Positions 28,897 through 39,400 of a stretch of DNA of 64,000 nucleotides are shown here, piece after piece (position 1 is the stretch's first letter; every line of letters begins with the position of its first letter). Made by a program: the position numbers and the translations under genes. Source of the DNA: a virus. Its lineage: Duplodnaviria; Heunggongvirae; Uroviricota; Caudoviricetes. Location of the stretch: the IMG/VR virus record IMGVR_UViG_3300025693_000001. One strand, given 5' to 3'. The notes under the pieces were generated by a model. That model did no database searches and was not told where the DNA came from. It saw only the letters and a list, made by a program, of their open reading frames with translations.

Positions 28897-29458
28897 GTAA
28901 TAAATTATCTATAATTGTGGGATATACTAATCGCTCCCGTATCTTAACAGCTTTTGATAAATTGTCAACGGTGTCATTGTCAAGTATATCAAATTTAGTC
29001 TGGTAGATAATCGGACCTGAATCCAATTGTTCGGTTACATAATGAACCGTGAACCCATGTTCAGCATCACCCGAATCCAATGCACGTTGATGGGTGTTGA
29101 GACCTTTGTGTTTTGGTAACAATGATGGGTGGATGTTTATGATGTCAACCCCAGCAGACTTCATGTGTGATATGAAGTCTGCTGGTAGTATTTTCATGTA
29201 TCCAGCCAACACTATTAACTTTGGCACAATGCCACAGCGATCTACCATGTATTCATATGCATTGATGTGATTCAATTCACCGGAACCAAAATGAGCTAGA
29301 CGAAAAACACCAGCATCACGTGCCACCGTTAAGCCCATTGCATCACTTTGATCACTGAACACATACTCAACCTTCGCGACAGTGCACCCCCGAACAATAG
29401 CTTCGAGGGTTTTACCCGTTCCCGAAAGGAAGACAAATATCGGCTGTCTGTCGGTCAT
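28868..29458 (-). CDS. purN: phosphoribosylglycinamide formyltransferase-like (PurN/DpdN family)
   Basis: FLSGTG, VLAGYMKIL, INIHPSLLP..KG, G.TVHYV...LDSGPII; start MTDRQP. Confidence 0.85.
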   Translation of the reverse strand: MTDRQPIFVFLSGTGKTLEAIVRGCTVAKVEYVFSDQSDAMGLTVARDAGVFRLAHFGSGELNHINAYEYMVDRCGIVPKLIVLAGYMKILPADFISHMKSAGVDIINIHPSLLPKHKGLNTHQRALDSGDAEHGFTVHYVTEQLDSGPIIYQTKFDILDNDTVDNLSKAVKIRERLVYPTIIDNLLHENTKTISG

Positions 29459-29459
29459 G

Positions 29460-30503
29460 TTATCTTGGTGTAATATCTTCGTGTTTGTGAACGATTGCAA
29501 TTGCTTGCCAAGGATGCAACGACTCTTGGTGTTCGGTGACGATTGAGTAGTTGGAGATCTTGTCAGCATCATACATGTCATCCAATGCGTCCGCTACGAT
29601 TCGTACAGCATCTTCACTAAACAACAAGTTCGCACCATTAAGCTCGGCAAATGCTTGTTCATCACGACGCTTAACCACCACCTGTACTTCTGTAGGAATG
29701 TGTTGTCTGTGGATGTCAATCAAATCTTCGATATATACGATGTCACTCGCATCAAATTCAACTGTAGTTTTCATAATAGATCGTTGGCTGTGAGCATTAG
29801 CTGCTGCTGCACGTTTTTCGGTAGCGTTGTGAGCTAATTCAAAACTACACGGACAAGTTGAACTGTAAACATATTCAGTCGTTAGGAAGAAACGAACTTC
29901 ATTGTCTTCACCTTTGTGGTACTGACCTTCCAATACACAACGGTACGCAATATGACCTTCTAACTTACGGAGACTGATTCTGTCACCATTATCCAATTCT
30001 TGAAAGTGACCATGCTCAACATCATCCGCAGTCAATGGTTGTCTGGATCGCAATGCTTTTTGTGTCATTGGATATTTGAAACGAAGTTTACAATAAGCAT
30101 GTTTACTGCCTTGCTTCGCTGCCATTTCTTCCAACGTATCTGCAATACCTTCAATAGATACGTGATCTTTTATAGTATCATGCATCAACAAATACAAACG
30201 GCTCAGGTTCAACCCTTTTGCATTTGGATTGTCTAATGAGCAATACAATGACGCTTCCGCTTGCAGTGTTTGTGTGTTTCCATCTTTACGAAGCACTTTA
30301 ATTGGTAAGTCTACTGGACCGATACCAACTTTATCCAATGCTACTCGTGCACCAGGGATGACAGGATCGACTTGTGGATCCGGCAGATCTTCATCATTAG
30401 GATAGAAATCTTTGTCGTAGTTAAAAAGCAAGTCTTCCATCTTTTCAGCGTAATCGACTCTGTTGTATTCGCCACTCGGGGCTTGGTGTTCGTGTTGTGT
30501 CAT
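29460..30503 (-). CDS. folE2: GTP cyclohydrolase IB
   Basis: KG.N.SR, STCPCS, AHSQRS, VKR.DE, N..F.EDAVR, ESLH. Confidence 0.92.
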   Translation of the reverse strand: MTQHEHQAPSGEYNRVDYAEKMEDLLFNYDKDFYPNDEDLPDPQVDPVIPGARVALDKVGIGPVDLPIKVLRKDGNTQTLQAEASLYCSLDNPNAKGLNLSRLYLLMHDTIKDHVSIEGIADTLEEMAAKQGSKHAYCKLRFKYPMTQKALRSRQPLTADDVEHGHFQELDNGDRISLRKLEGHIAYRCVLEGQYHKGEDNEVRFFLTTEYVYSSTCPCSFELAHNATEKRAAAANAHSQRSIMKTTVEFDASDIVYIEDLIDIHRQHIPTEVQVVVKRRDEQAFAELNGANLLFSEDAVRIVADALDDMYDADKISNYSIVTEHQESLHPWQAIAIVHKHEDITPR

Positions 30504-30518
30504 GTGTATATTTTCCGT

Positions 30519-31073
30519 TTATCGGTTGTTTAAAATTGCGTCCACTCGTCCACTTACTGTGCACTCGTTTAGTATAATGAGATTGGTCTCGAAGGCTGCT
30601 TTTGTATATTTCAACATCAATGTATCGACCATGTCGCTGTAGTGTTTGTTTTCACCACGAACACCATCAGCTTCAACTTGAAAACATCCTGTTTTCAAGA
30701 AATACGTCATATTGGTTGCTTGGGAATAAGCATAACACGTGTTGTAATATTTGTTCAGCCAATCACTATATTTGTTGTTTTTTCCCAATGCTACCAATGC
30801 GTATGTGAATAAATCCATATGTGAGCGTTCGGTAAACACGATATTATCAGAAGCCGTAGCTGCCAATTCATCTTTCCACTTGCGTTTGGTTATTTCATCC
30901 TGAAAACGTACGGTCAAATCAAGATCGTGATTAACGTCATCTAACGTAACACACCAATCAGATAATATCGAACGGGAAGTCTTGCGAGTAATCGTTTCGT
31001 ACCCTGCTTCTTTCAGCTTTTCAATCACTGTTGATTTACCCGAACCCTGAGACCCTGCTATTGCTATTAACAT
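30519..31073 (-). CDS. P-loop nucleotide kinase (AAA_28/NadR-like)
   Basis: IAIAGSQGSGKST, ERS..D...Y, EADGVR. Confidence 0.8.
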   Translation of the reverse strand: MLIAIAGSQGSGKSTVIEKLKEAGYETITRKTSRSILSDWCVTLDDVNHDLDLTVRFQDEITKRKWKDELAATASDNIVFTERSHMDLFTYALVALGKNNKYSDWLNKYYNTCYAYSQATNMTYFLKTGCFQVEADGVRGENKHYSDMVDTLMLKYTKAAFETNLIILNECTVSGRVDAILNNR

Positions 31074-31101
31074 TTAATATCCTATAAATTTGTTGTTGGT
31101 A

Positions 31102-31521
31102 TCATGATACTGCAAATTCGTCATTGGTGCAACGAAAATCTATAACGTGTTCTGGTCCGAAATAATGTATACCAGGTGTATACTGTTTTATAGCCATCAA
31201 CATTTCCATCGCTTTGTTCATTACATGGTCGGTAACTTTGTCGCATTTGATAGCAATTGTTATTTTGTCAGCAGAGACGGATACGTGTTCTCTGCTTATT
31301 TGGTATTCGGCTGTGGATAGTTCGTTTGCGATTTGAGCGTCGACGTCTGTTATCGTGACGATTCGATCAAGCACATAATCGGTAGCTTTGTCAATTGCTG
31401 CTTGTCGCAGAGTGACGACTTCGATATCGTGCCAGTCAAATTCATGGCTCAGTGGAGATAGTATAGCGTTGGTGAGTGTTTGTTGGTGGTGAGTGTGGTC
31501 GCTGAAACTGGTACCGATCAT
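31102..31521 (-). CDS. hypothetical protein
   Basis: operonic ORF. Confidence 0.65.
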   Translation of the reverse strand: MIGTSFSDHTHHQQTLTNAILSPLSHEFDWHDIEVVTLRQAAIDKATDYVLDRIVTITDVDAQIANELSTAEYQISREHVSVSADKITIAIKCDKVTDHVMNKAMEMLMAIKQYTPGIHYFGPEHVIDFRCTNDEFAVS

Positions 31522-31817
31522 ATCAATCCCATCGTAGCGCTATCATTGTTATCACCAGCAGCGATAAATGCATCAATCCTATTCAATCCAAGTTGCATTT
31601 GAGCGATTGTATCGGGGTGTCCGGAATTAGCTGTCACCAGGTGTAACCTAGATTGTAAGAATGATCTCTGTTCGTATAGTTCGCCAGTGGTCATCGTAGA
31701 CCACTTATCTGCGGTTATTTGTTCGATTGGTTTTCTTGTTATTGGAGTCACCGAACCATTCACGTTGATTGGTCCGGAATTGTCTTTTTTTGTATTTTCC
31801 ATAATTAAATCTTCCAT
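31518..31817 (-). CDS. hypothetical protein
   Basis: promoter upstream; start may be 31802. Confidence 0.65.
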   Translation of the reverse strand: MEDLIMENTKKDNSGPINVNGSVTPITRKPIEQITADKWSTMTTGELYEQRSFLQSRLHLVTANSGHPDTIAQMQLGLNRIDAFIAAGDNNDSATMGLI

Positions 31818-31866
31818 ATTGGTTTGCTAGCTTATTATATATGGAAGATCGTATTGTGGTCAACAA

Positions 31867-32682
31867 TTAGTTTTGGAGCCCTTTTATATGAAGGTATTGA
31901 GCGTTCCCCATTGTCGTAACAGTAAATGTTTGCGTACCATCCGGTGACTTGGATTGCTTTGGAGGTATATCGGTACCCGCTAAGATATCTCGCTTGACAT
32001 CAAGGTCACCCTGACCTTTACCGATGTTGTATATCCACAACTCGTCAAATGAACCAGTTTCCGTTTGCTGCTTGTATATCAAGTGAGCGTTTGCTACCGT
32101 ACGGATAACTCCGGTGCGATCTTCATCTTCACCATCATCTTCATCTTCGCCATCACCCAATTCCAATTCAGCATCCGGAGCTAGACTAGCCGATCCACCA
32201 CTAGCAACCATATCATCATCACCAATACCACCACCACTACCGATATCTTGATCACCATCTTTACCAGTCAGCCCAGCTTCTTTAGCTAATCGTTCGTAAT
32301 ACGACACTGCAGTTGAGTGGGTAACATTGATTTTCTGCTCGAATTGCTGTATGATGGCTTGACGCGATGCATCCGGTCTATTAATCAACGCTTGAAAAAG
32401 CTGCCGAGCTGTATCAATCTTGTTGGGGCCACCTTTGCTACGGCCTGCAGACGTTTCCTCATCCTCTTCCGTTTGGTTGGGGACAGTTGATAGCACGTTG
32501 GAAGTGAAAGCACTTCGTCCCCCACCCACCAATTCACACAACAAACTTTCAGAGAGGCTGGATACGTCAGCAGAACCACCATGATTCATTCCACGCCCGT
32601 GTTCGGAAGTGGATGTTTTATTCAATTTTTTTGTCTGTTTTAAACGCATGTACTCGTTTAAACCTAAATGTTCTTTAGCCAT
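31867..32682 (-). CDS. acidic hypothetical late protein
   Basis: AAGGA RBS; GATAAATA box at 32718-32711. Confidence 0.75.
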   Translation of the reverse strand: MAKEHLGLNEYMRLKQTKKLNKTSTSEHGRGMNHGGSADVSSLSESLLCELVGGGRSAFTSNVLSTVPNQTEEDEETSAGRSKGGPNKIDTARQLFQALINRPDASRQAIIQQFEQKINVTHSTAVSYYERLAKEAGLTGKDGDQDIGSGGGIGDDDMVASGGSASLAPDAELELGDGEDEDDGEDEDRTGVIRTVANAHLIYKQQTETGSFDELWIYNIGKGQGDLDVKRDILAGTDIPPKQSKSPDGTQTFTVTTMGNAQYLHIKGLQN

Positions 32683-32794
32683 TATATGATCCTTGTTAAT
32701 CTTGTATTGGTATTTATCGTCACATAACGTAGGCGAACGGAATTAGCAGCGAAAAAACGCCCATAAATAACAAAAAACAATGAAAAGGATACAC

Positions 32795-33256
32795 ATGACA
32801 ACCACTACAACGAAAAAACGGATTAGAGGCAATCCAATCCCGCTAATCATAGAAAAGCACCCACCGGAGTACAACGGGTACCCTTTTATTACACTATTGC
32901 AATATCGGGATGCTCAATTATTAACGATAGTTGATAACATAACAGACAAGCACGTTCGCACGTATGTGTTGGATTATTGTGGGCCTGCAGGGGTGCACGA
33001 AGAGCAGATTATAAACGCTGCATCAGATTGGTATTCAAATCACAAAGACGACTATCCAATCTCATTTGCGTTCTCTCAACTGGGTATTTCAGATGAGGTT
33101 AGCAAGATTTATAGAACACTCAACATTGAATTTGTTACGAGAGTGATTGGACCATTGCCCAAATTTGAAATGAACGAAGTTCACAGTATCAAGAGGAGAC
33201 GACGAAAAGCGATTCCTCTTGGTATGGAAGTTCACAAGAAACTATTGGTGTGTTAA
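32795..33256 (+). CDS. conserved jumbo-phage hypothetical protein
   Basis: YPFITL..Y, WY...YPI, IGP and C-terminal KRRRRK; CATAAATA at 32762-32769. Confidence 0.7.
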   Translation: MTTTTTKKRIRGNPIPLIIEKHPPEYNGYPFITLLQYRDAQLLTIVDNITDKHVRTYVLDYCGPAGVHEEQIINAASDWYSNHKDDYPISFAFSQLGISDEVSKIYRTLNIEFVTRVIGPLPKFEMNEVHSIKRRRRKAIPLGMEVHKKLLVC

Positions 33257-33702
33257 AGTCGTGAGATGTTAGCGAGTGCGTTGATATCTTTAAACAAGGA
33301 AAGCGATTCACCTAAGGGTGCATCGCCTTGTCCATCCCCATCAGTATCCGGCGCTGGTGGTGCATCCGACGGCTGCTGGTTATCAACTTTGGCCAAATCA
33401 CTAAGATCTTTTGCGTCTGCAAATTTCTGACCTTCTGGAGTCAAGGCTCCGGTGTCATCGGTCATATTCTCATCAGCCATAGTTTTGATACCTTTGTCAG
33501 TGAGAGTAGCCCCAGAGTCATCAACAGCAATCAAACCCAGCTTTGCTAGAGTTTGTTGCGCTGATGCCATGTTGGTGCTATTGCGAGCTTGTTCACCAGC
33601 CACATTCGAATTAGCTGATGCTTTGATTTTCGCCATCACCAATTTTTGCGAATCGGATAGATGTACGTTTGTTAATACTTTAGTTTCGGTTAGTTTTTTC
33701 AT
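33253..33702 (-). CDS. hypothetical late protein
   Basis: start reassigned to MKKLTE; CATAAATA at 33715-33708. Confidence 0.7.
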   Translation of the reverse strand: MKKLTETKVLTNVHLSDSQKLVMAKIKASANSNVAGEQARNSTNMASAQQTLAKLGLIAVDDSGATLTDKGIKTMADENMTDDTGALTPEGQKFADAKDLSDLAKVDNQQPSDAPPAPDTDGDGQGDAPLGESLSLFKDINALANISRL

Positions 33703-33710
33703 ATTGGTAT

Positions 33711-34739
33711 TTATGCATACCAATAGTACGCTCCTATGGCGGCAGTGATTAAACATGCTATTAACAACCCCAATATGCCAATCATATGCGAGATCTTAGT
33801 ACCAAAGTACATATTTGATATGCCCAAGCATTTGTGTGTTGGGGATATTAAATATCCCGCAAACTCAAAAACGATCACCAACGGCAATAGTGTGATGTTT
33901 GTTAAACTCACTATCAGTGCACCGATACCCGCATACTTCGATGACGATCCCATTATAACAGCCATTAAAGTACCAATAGCCAGTAACACAGGTACGGCAA
34001 ATTCACCATTCGTTATAAATGACGTAAACTCAGCATTGTATGTTTTCGCGTATGTACCCAATCCAATAATAACCCCTATACTACCCAACATCTTCCAACG
34101 TATGAACGACAATACGGTTTTGAGCGACGCATTTGATATGATTATTAACGCTGTTGCTATTATTGGGAACTGAACATAGAATGGATACGTTGCTGGATCG
34201 TACAACATCAACCCCAATCCTGAGAACATAATAGCTCCCACCCCAATAGTTTCTTTGGTACAAGGACTGGAGTCGTACTCTGGTGTTTCAACGTCTACAT
34301 CTTTCACGTAAAACATCACGATACCAAGCATAAACAACAAATACACAATCAGAGGAATAATCGTGGCTTGCATAAAGGTAAACCACGATATACCCAACAC
34401 ACTCATAAAAATCAACACACTCGGTTCTAACGGGCTCCACAAATAATAATGATGTGTTGCTATATAATCCAGTATACCCATCTTCTCGCGGTGTTTGCTT
34501 TTGCACAAACTGTCCATAATCGGAGCACTAACAGTACAGCGTCCCTCGATTGGGAATATACCACTCAAAGCCGATACTATAACGAGCGATGCTTTTTTAC
34601 TTCGCAGCGTGTTATTGAGCCATCGGTATAACGGAACGAAGTAATTTTCTGTTTTCACTACACCACCAATAATCATGGCGGCTAGCAATCCAACTAAGTA
34701 AATTTCTTTGTGTGCTATGGTTAACAATAAGTCTATCAC
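33711..34739 (-). CDS. multi-pass membrane transporter, DUF401/ion-transporter-superfamily-like
   Basis: about 9-10 hydrophobic segments; P..G...SAP, HH...WSPLE and GY.ISP.H.C motifs; GTG start coupled to the upstream stop. Confidence 0.7.
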   Translation of the reverse strand: MIDLLLTIAHKEIYLVGLLAAMIIGGVVKTENYFVPLYRWLNNTLRSKKASLVIVSALSGIFPIEGRCTVSAPIMDSLCKSKHREKMGILDYIATHHYYLWSPLEPSVLIFMSVLGISWFTFMQATIIPLIVYLLFMLGIVMFYVKDVDVETPEYDSSPCTKETIGVGAIMFSGLGLMLYDPATYPFYVQFPIIATALIIISNASLKTVLSFIRWKMLGSIGVIIGLGTYAKTYNAEFTSFITNGEFAVPVLLAIGTLMAVIMGSSSKYAGIGALIVSLTNITLLPLVIVFEFAGYLISPTHKCLGISNMYFGTKISHMIGILGLLIACLITAAIGAYYWYA

Positions 34740-35311
34740 ATCAACCCCCCTGCAACAAGATGCAATTGGATTACAATGGTTAGCGCATACGCAATCGCGT
34801 GGCATTGTTTGAAATAATACGTTTCGTCATCTGGTTTCATATATATGTATTTCCTAATTTTGTCTGGGTTTTTGATGTAGTTATCTATTAACCGGCGTTT
34901 TGCTGGTCGTATGAGAGCTATAGCATCCGCTAATGTAATTACTGATGTTGGTTTGATTCTGTAAATGAGATCGTAATGTTTCTTAATTTGGAACAACCGT
35001 TCGACCACTTCTTGCGATTCCAGCAGTGTCCAATCGGGTTCAATTTTAAGTAACTGCCGTATGTCTTCTTTGTTATCAAAGTTATCCAAGAACGATAGAT
35101 GCAGAAAATCAATTTTGAAGTAATCGAGATCCTCAGCCTCCTTGTACGGAATAGCTGCTAACTTTGATATTGTGTCTTGTGGTATGTTTTGAAAATAAAC
35201 ACCAGCTGGGTGTTTGGTTAATTTGCCATCTTTTGTAACCATCGATGCTCCGATAGCTTTGAAGTGGTCCATTGGATTAAATGTTGTTGGTAAATCTAGG
35301 TCGACATCCAT
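34736..35311 (-). CDS. dnaE: DNA polymerase III alpha-like catalytic fragment (part 2)
   Basis: begins with DVDLD; contains HPAGV, FKIDFL, A.IRP and F..CHA.AYA. Confidence 0.8.
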   Translation of the reverse strand: MDVDLDLPTTFNPMDHFKAIGASMVTKDGKLTKHPAGVYFQNIPQDTISKLAAIPYKEAEDLDYFKIDFLHLSFLDNFDNKEDIRQLLKIEPDWTLLESQEVVERLFQIKKHYDLIYRIKPTSVITLADAIALIRPAKRRLIDNYIKNPDKIRKYIYMKPDDETYYFKQCHAIAYALTIVIQLHLVAGGLM

Positions 35312-35333
35312 ATTTTGATATAAGTTGTGGGTG

Positions 35334-35381
35334 GTACAATCACGCGCGTGATTATAATGTTATAGATACGCGTGATTGTAC
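35334..35381. repeat. 13-bp inverted repeat with a nested 16-bp palindrome
   Basis: GTACAATCACGCG/CGCGTGATTGTAC; AATCACGCGCGTGATT at 35338-35353. Confidence 0.75.
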
Positions 35382-35429
35382 ATAGGTTTGGTGAATACAT
35401 CAACTGCACATTTCTGTGCTACCCACTCA

Positions 35430-36401
35430 CTATCCCAATCCGTAAAACTCAACCAGTTGTCCAACTGTTGGGATTGACCCACCATTGAATGTTACGGTAG
35501 ATGGAGCAGTAGAAACGTAGTTGTGCGAGCCGCTATCAATTTGTTTAATACCATCAACGAACGTAAGCAGTGTTGCAGCTCCCACCGTTGGAGTATTGAA
35601 TGCAAATCCAACAACAAAAACATCTCCCGCATCGCCCTGTTGTGTTACCGCAACCGAGAATCCCGTGTCAACATCAAGTGCATCAGCAACAGGCCCAGTC
35701 GAAGCGTTGGTAACGGTCACAACAGCCCCCAAGACGGAAGCTCCCAAGCTACCCTCCCCATCAATTACCGATTGCATCTGGGAAGCAATAGAAACATCAG
35801 TCACATCGCGTGCAACCGATACCGCCAACCCAGTACCACCAGGAGCGGGATTTACACTAGGTGCGATGCCTTGAGTTGTAGTCGTGATCACGAATGTTGT
35901 GTTGAAATCGGTAGCATCCGTTGCTACATCAGCCACAGCATTCGTTACTGTTACTGTATTCGTGACCACTGATGCGCTAAAGGCTGGCAAGCCGGTTATT
36001 GCTGCTTGTGTCAGTCCCGCTATAGTATCAGCAGTCGCTCCAGCGGTATACACCACAGGAATCGCCGTACCACCCGGAGCAGGGTCAACACCCGTACCAT
36101 CAGAATACCATACGTAATATGTTACTGTTGGAGAATATATGAAAAAGTATTGATTGTTTAAGCTACTCGCGACGTCCGCCACGGTAACTATATCTGTAAT
36201 TTCAGACACACCAGCAACATCCAACCACACATAATAACTTGTAGTGGTTGATGTTAATGTGAAATGAGTTCCACCCAAACTACCAGCCACATCCGCAATG
36301 GTTGTGACATCTGTAATTTCAGGTAACGGTCCAACTGCAGTTTGAAGTTCATATAGAGCTTCTTTTTGAAATTGTTCCGTTCGTAATTTAGTTTGTACCA
36401 T
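35430..36401 (-). CDS. virion structural protein (fibre-associated)
   Basis: T/V/A-rich; repeated EITD...ADV..SL...F.....YYVW module. Confidence 0.75.
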   Translation of the reverse strand: MVQTKLRTEQFQKEALYELQTAVGPLPEITDVTTIADVAGSLGGTHFTLTSTTTSYYVWLDVAGVSEITDIVTVADVASSLNNQYFFIYSPTVTYYVWYSDGTGVDPAPGGTAIPVVYTAGATADTIAGLTQAAITGLPAFSASVVTNTVTVTNAVADVATDATDFNTTFVITTTTQGIAPSVNPAPGGTGLAVSVARDVTDVSIASQMQSVIDGEGSLGASVLGAVVTVTNASTGPVADALDVDTGFSVAVTQQGDAGDVFVVGFAFNTPTVGAATLLTFVDGIKQIDSGSHNYVSTAPSTVTFNGGSIPTVGQLVEFYGLG

Positions 36402-36410
36402 CGTTTAATC

Positions 36411-39400
36411 CTATTGTTCGAATGCGTATATCACTACGATATCATCCACCACCAATGCTGCGGTAAATGTTAATTGGTTCGCTCCAGTTACTGTGTAGTT
36501 TCTGGCAGCTCCTTCCATTTGCAGCAATCCATTCAAAAACACTTGCATGTATGCTCGTGACGCTGTGTTTGCTGTTGTTTTTAGTGTGGTATTGATGATA
36601 GTTTCTCCACCAACACTCACGAATTCTTCATACGTCGGTATAGCTCTATCATCAACATATGCTTTGTTTGGTATATCGTTTGCAGCAGTCACCAACGCTT
36701 CGTAGCTGGCAGTACTCGAACTTAATGTACCATCAACCTCCACAACAAATCTACCAATACCAGCTGTACCCAATGTGATATCAGTTACGGCATCGATAGT
36801 CAATTGACCGGCAGCTGAGGTTGTGATGGCTGTTGATGTGTCGCCTGTGAATGTGTATGTAACACCTTCATTCACTCTATCCGTTGATACTGCTGTTGCG
36901 GTTACCGAAAGTCCAACTAGCCCACCGAAAGTTAAATCAACAGATGTTGCTGTCGCATACATTCCAGTCGTCTCGTCGGTGGTGAACGTGTATGAAGGTA
37001 TAGCTGCTGTGCCATATGGCGTCAATACTTTAGTTGTTGTTTGTATATCACCTGCAACATTCAACCACACATCTAATGTTGGTGGTATGGTGTTTATACC
37101 AACTCTACCATCAAATTGAACATCAGGCGTGAATATCGTTTTTGCTGTGCTCATAGTGTATACATCTACACCATCAACCGCCATTGATAACACACCAGCG
37201 TTCAAATACATTCCAGTATCCAATGCACTGGTAAATGAATATGTTGGGCTGGCTGCTGTTTGATCCGACCCACGGATTTGACTGTTAACTTGCACATCAC
37301 CAGTCACTTCAAGCCAAACAGGAGCACCAGATGGTGGAACATTGTTAATACCGATAGGTGAGTTGAATCGAGAAGATCCTGTCACATCAAACGCATATGA
37401 TGGTACCATATTAATACCAACCCTATCCGCTGCGGTATTGATATACAACGTGTCGGTGTTGACATACATTTTGTCATTGTCAATGTGCATACGAACAACA
37501 GATCCGACAGTAGAGTCTGTCCCCGATCGAACTTCGAAACCACCTGTCACTCCGCCATCGGATTCATAATTCACGTACATGTTGTTTTCTGCAGCGATTA
37601 TCCCATCACCAGTGAATCGAACATCGGACCCCACCGCAGCATTCCCATCACCTTCATTGAAATACAAATTTTCTTTGATCTGCAATAGTGCTGTTGGGTT
37701 AGCTGTCGTATTGATTCCAACATTACCACCACCATTAACCATGCGGATGTGGTTTGTCACATTCGAGTTAATTTCCAGAGGAGTACCAGTTGCTGTACCA
37801 TCTACTGAAACATTGCCATGTCGAACACCCGCAATATCAAAGTGCACGTCAGATGCCTGTCCAGCCAATGCATTTAATTCCAACTCAGCGTTTAGGCCAG
37901 TATCAGCGTTTATGGTTATTCCATTTCCCTCAACTGTTAATGTGTTGGCTATGGTTGGCAATCCATCGTTACCTATTCCAACTTTACCGTGGAAATACGA
38001 TTCAACGGAACCATTACCACCACCGATAACTTCCAAATTATCCGCAGTACGAATCCACCCATCATGTTCAACGCGTAATCGTTCGGTTCCATTCGTTGAC
38101 ATTACTCGAAAAATAGGATCCAGTGCGTTTGGGTTGACCTCGGTCCACACAACAACACCAGCTTCATCTGTGCCGGTATATCCAACTGGCAATCCAGCTT
38201 CGTCCGCCGTTATGTATATGTCGGTCGTTGGATCTAGTACATTTTGTGGATCGCGGAAGATTAGGGCTCCATTATCCAGATCAAAGTGATTTGACCATAT
38301 GGTACCATCATAAAACTTAAAGCCTTCTTCACCAGCTAGAGTCTTATACCACCATTGCCCAACAAGTGGATCACCAACTGGTGTAGTACCAATATTTGAG
38401 TTCAATTCTGGTGACAGATCAGCTGCAAAATTTTCAGTCATCCTAACCATATTCTCAACGATCATCTCACCATAATTCATCACACCACGACCTGGTAATT
38501 TTAGTGATGTATTCGGATCCAAGTTCACATATTCAGCATAACCATACGGTAGTGTAATTGGAGTGTTTAAATTATCCCGAATAGTACCATGGGTAACAGG
38601 GATTATCGTCTCGGTTGTGTTTATTCCTGGTAGCACAGACACAACACTAAATGATGTATTGACATCCATTGCTGTGGATGTGATCCCAATATCCGTTGCT
38701 GTAACGGTAACTGTATCAGTCAACACCGAAGCTCCAAACGAAAGAACCAAGTCGATAGCCGCCTGTGTTAACGATGCTATCGTAGCGGCTGTATCGTTTT
38801 GGGTGTATACTACAGGAATTGCTATACCACCTGGAGCCGGATCGGCACCCGTACCGTCCGAATACCACACATAGTACGCTGCATTTGGTGAGTACAACAT
38901 AAAGTATTTGTTGTTTAGGCTACCCGTCACATCATCTACCGTGGTAATATCCGTAACTGCTTGTGCGCCGGATGCTGGTCCAAGTGCTGTTATCGTATAT
39001 GTGGCATTGATGTCACCCGATTGAGCAACGGTGAACTGGAACCCACTAACAAATCTAGTGGTTACATCACCCCCGACAACGAACACGTGAGCCATCACAA
39101 CACCATCAGCGACCGCACTAACAAACGCTTCAACTGTCACGATAAGTGTGCTTCCACCAACGTATGATACTGATTGAACGGTATACGTACCGTTGTTGCC
39201 CGATGAGTCCGCTATTTGGAACTGAAACCCCACACGAAATATTAGTGTTTCGTCTCCGATCACTGATATGGTGTTCGTTCCAGGTGTTGCCACCGTTACT
39301 GGGAACGTTGGTCGAGCTTGTAGTATCTGTCTTGGTGTTGATGTATTATCTGGTCCATTGAATTCCAATGGGTGTAGCGTAGCTAGCACACTACCATTCG

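Noticed and set aside
37579-38289. Long + strand ORFs opposite fibre and other genes (also 53851, 55882, 33736, 23870)
   Set aside because: These are antisense shadows of well-supported minus-strand genes, caused by codon bias
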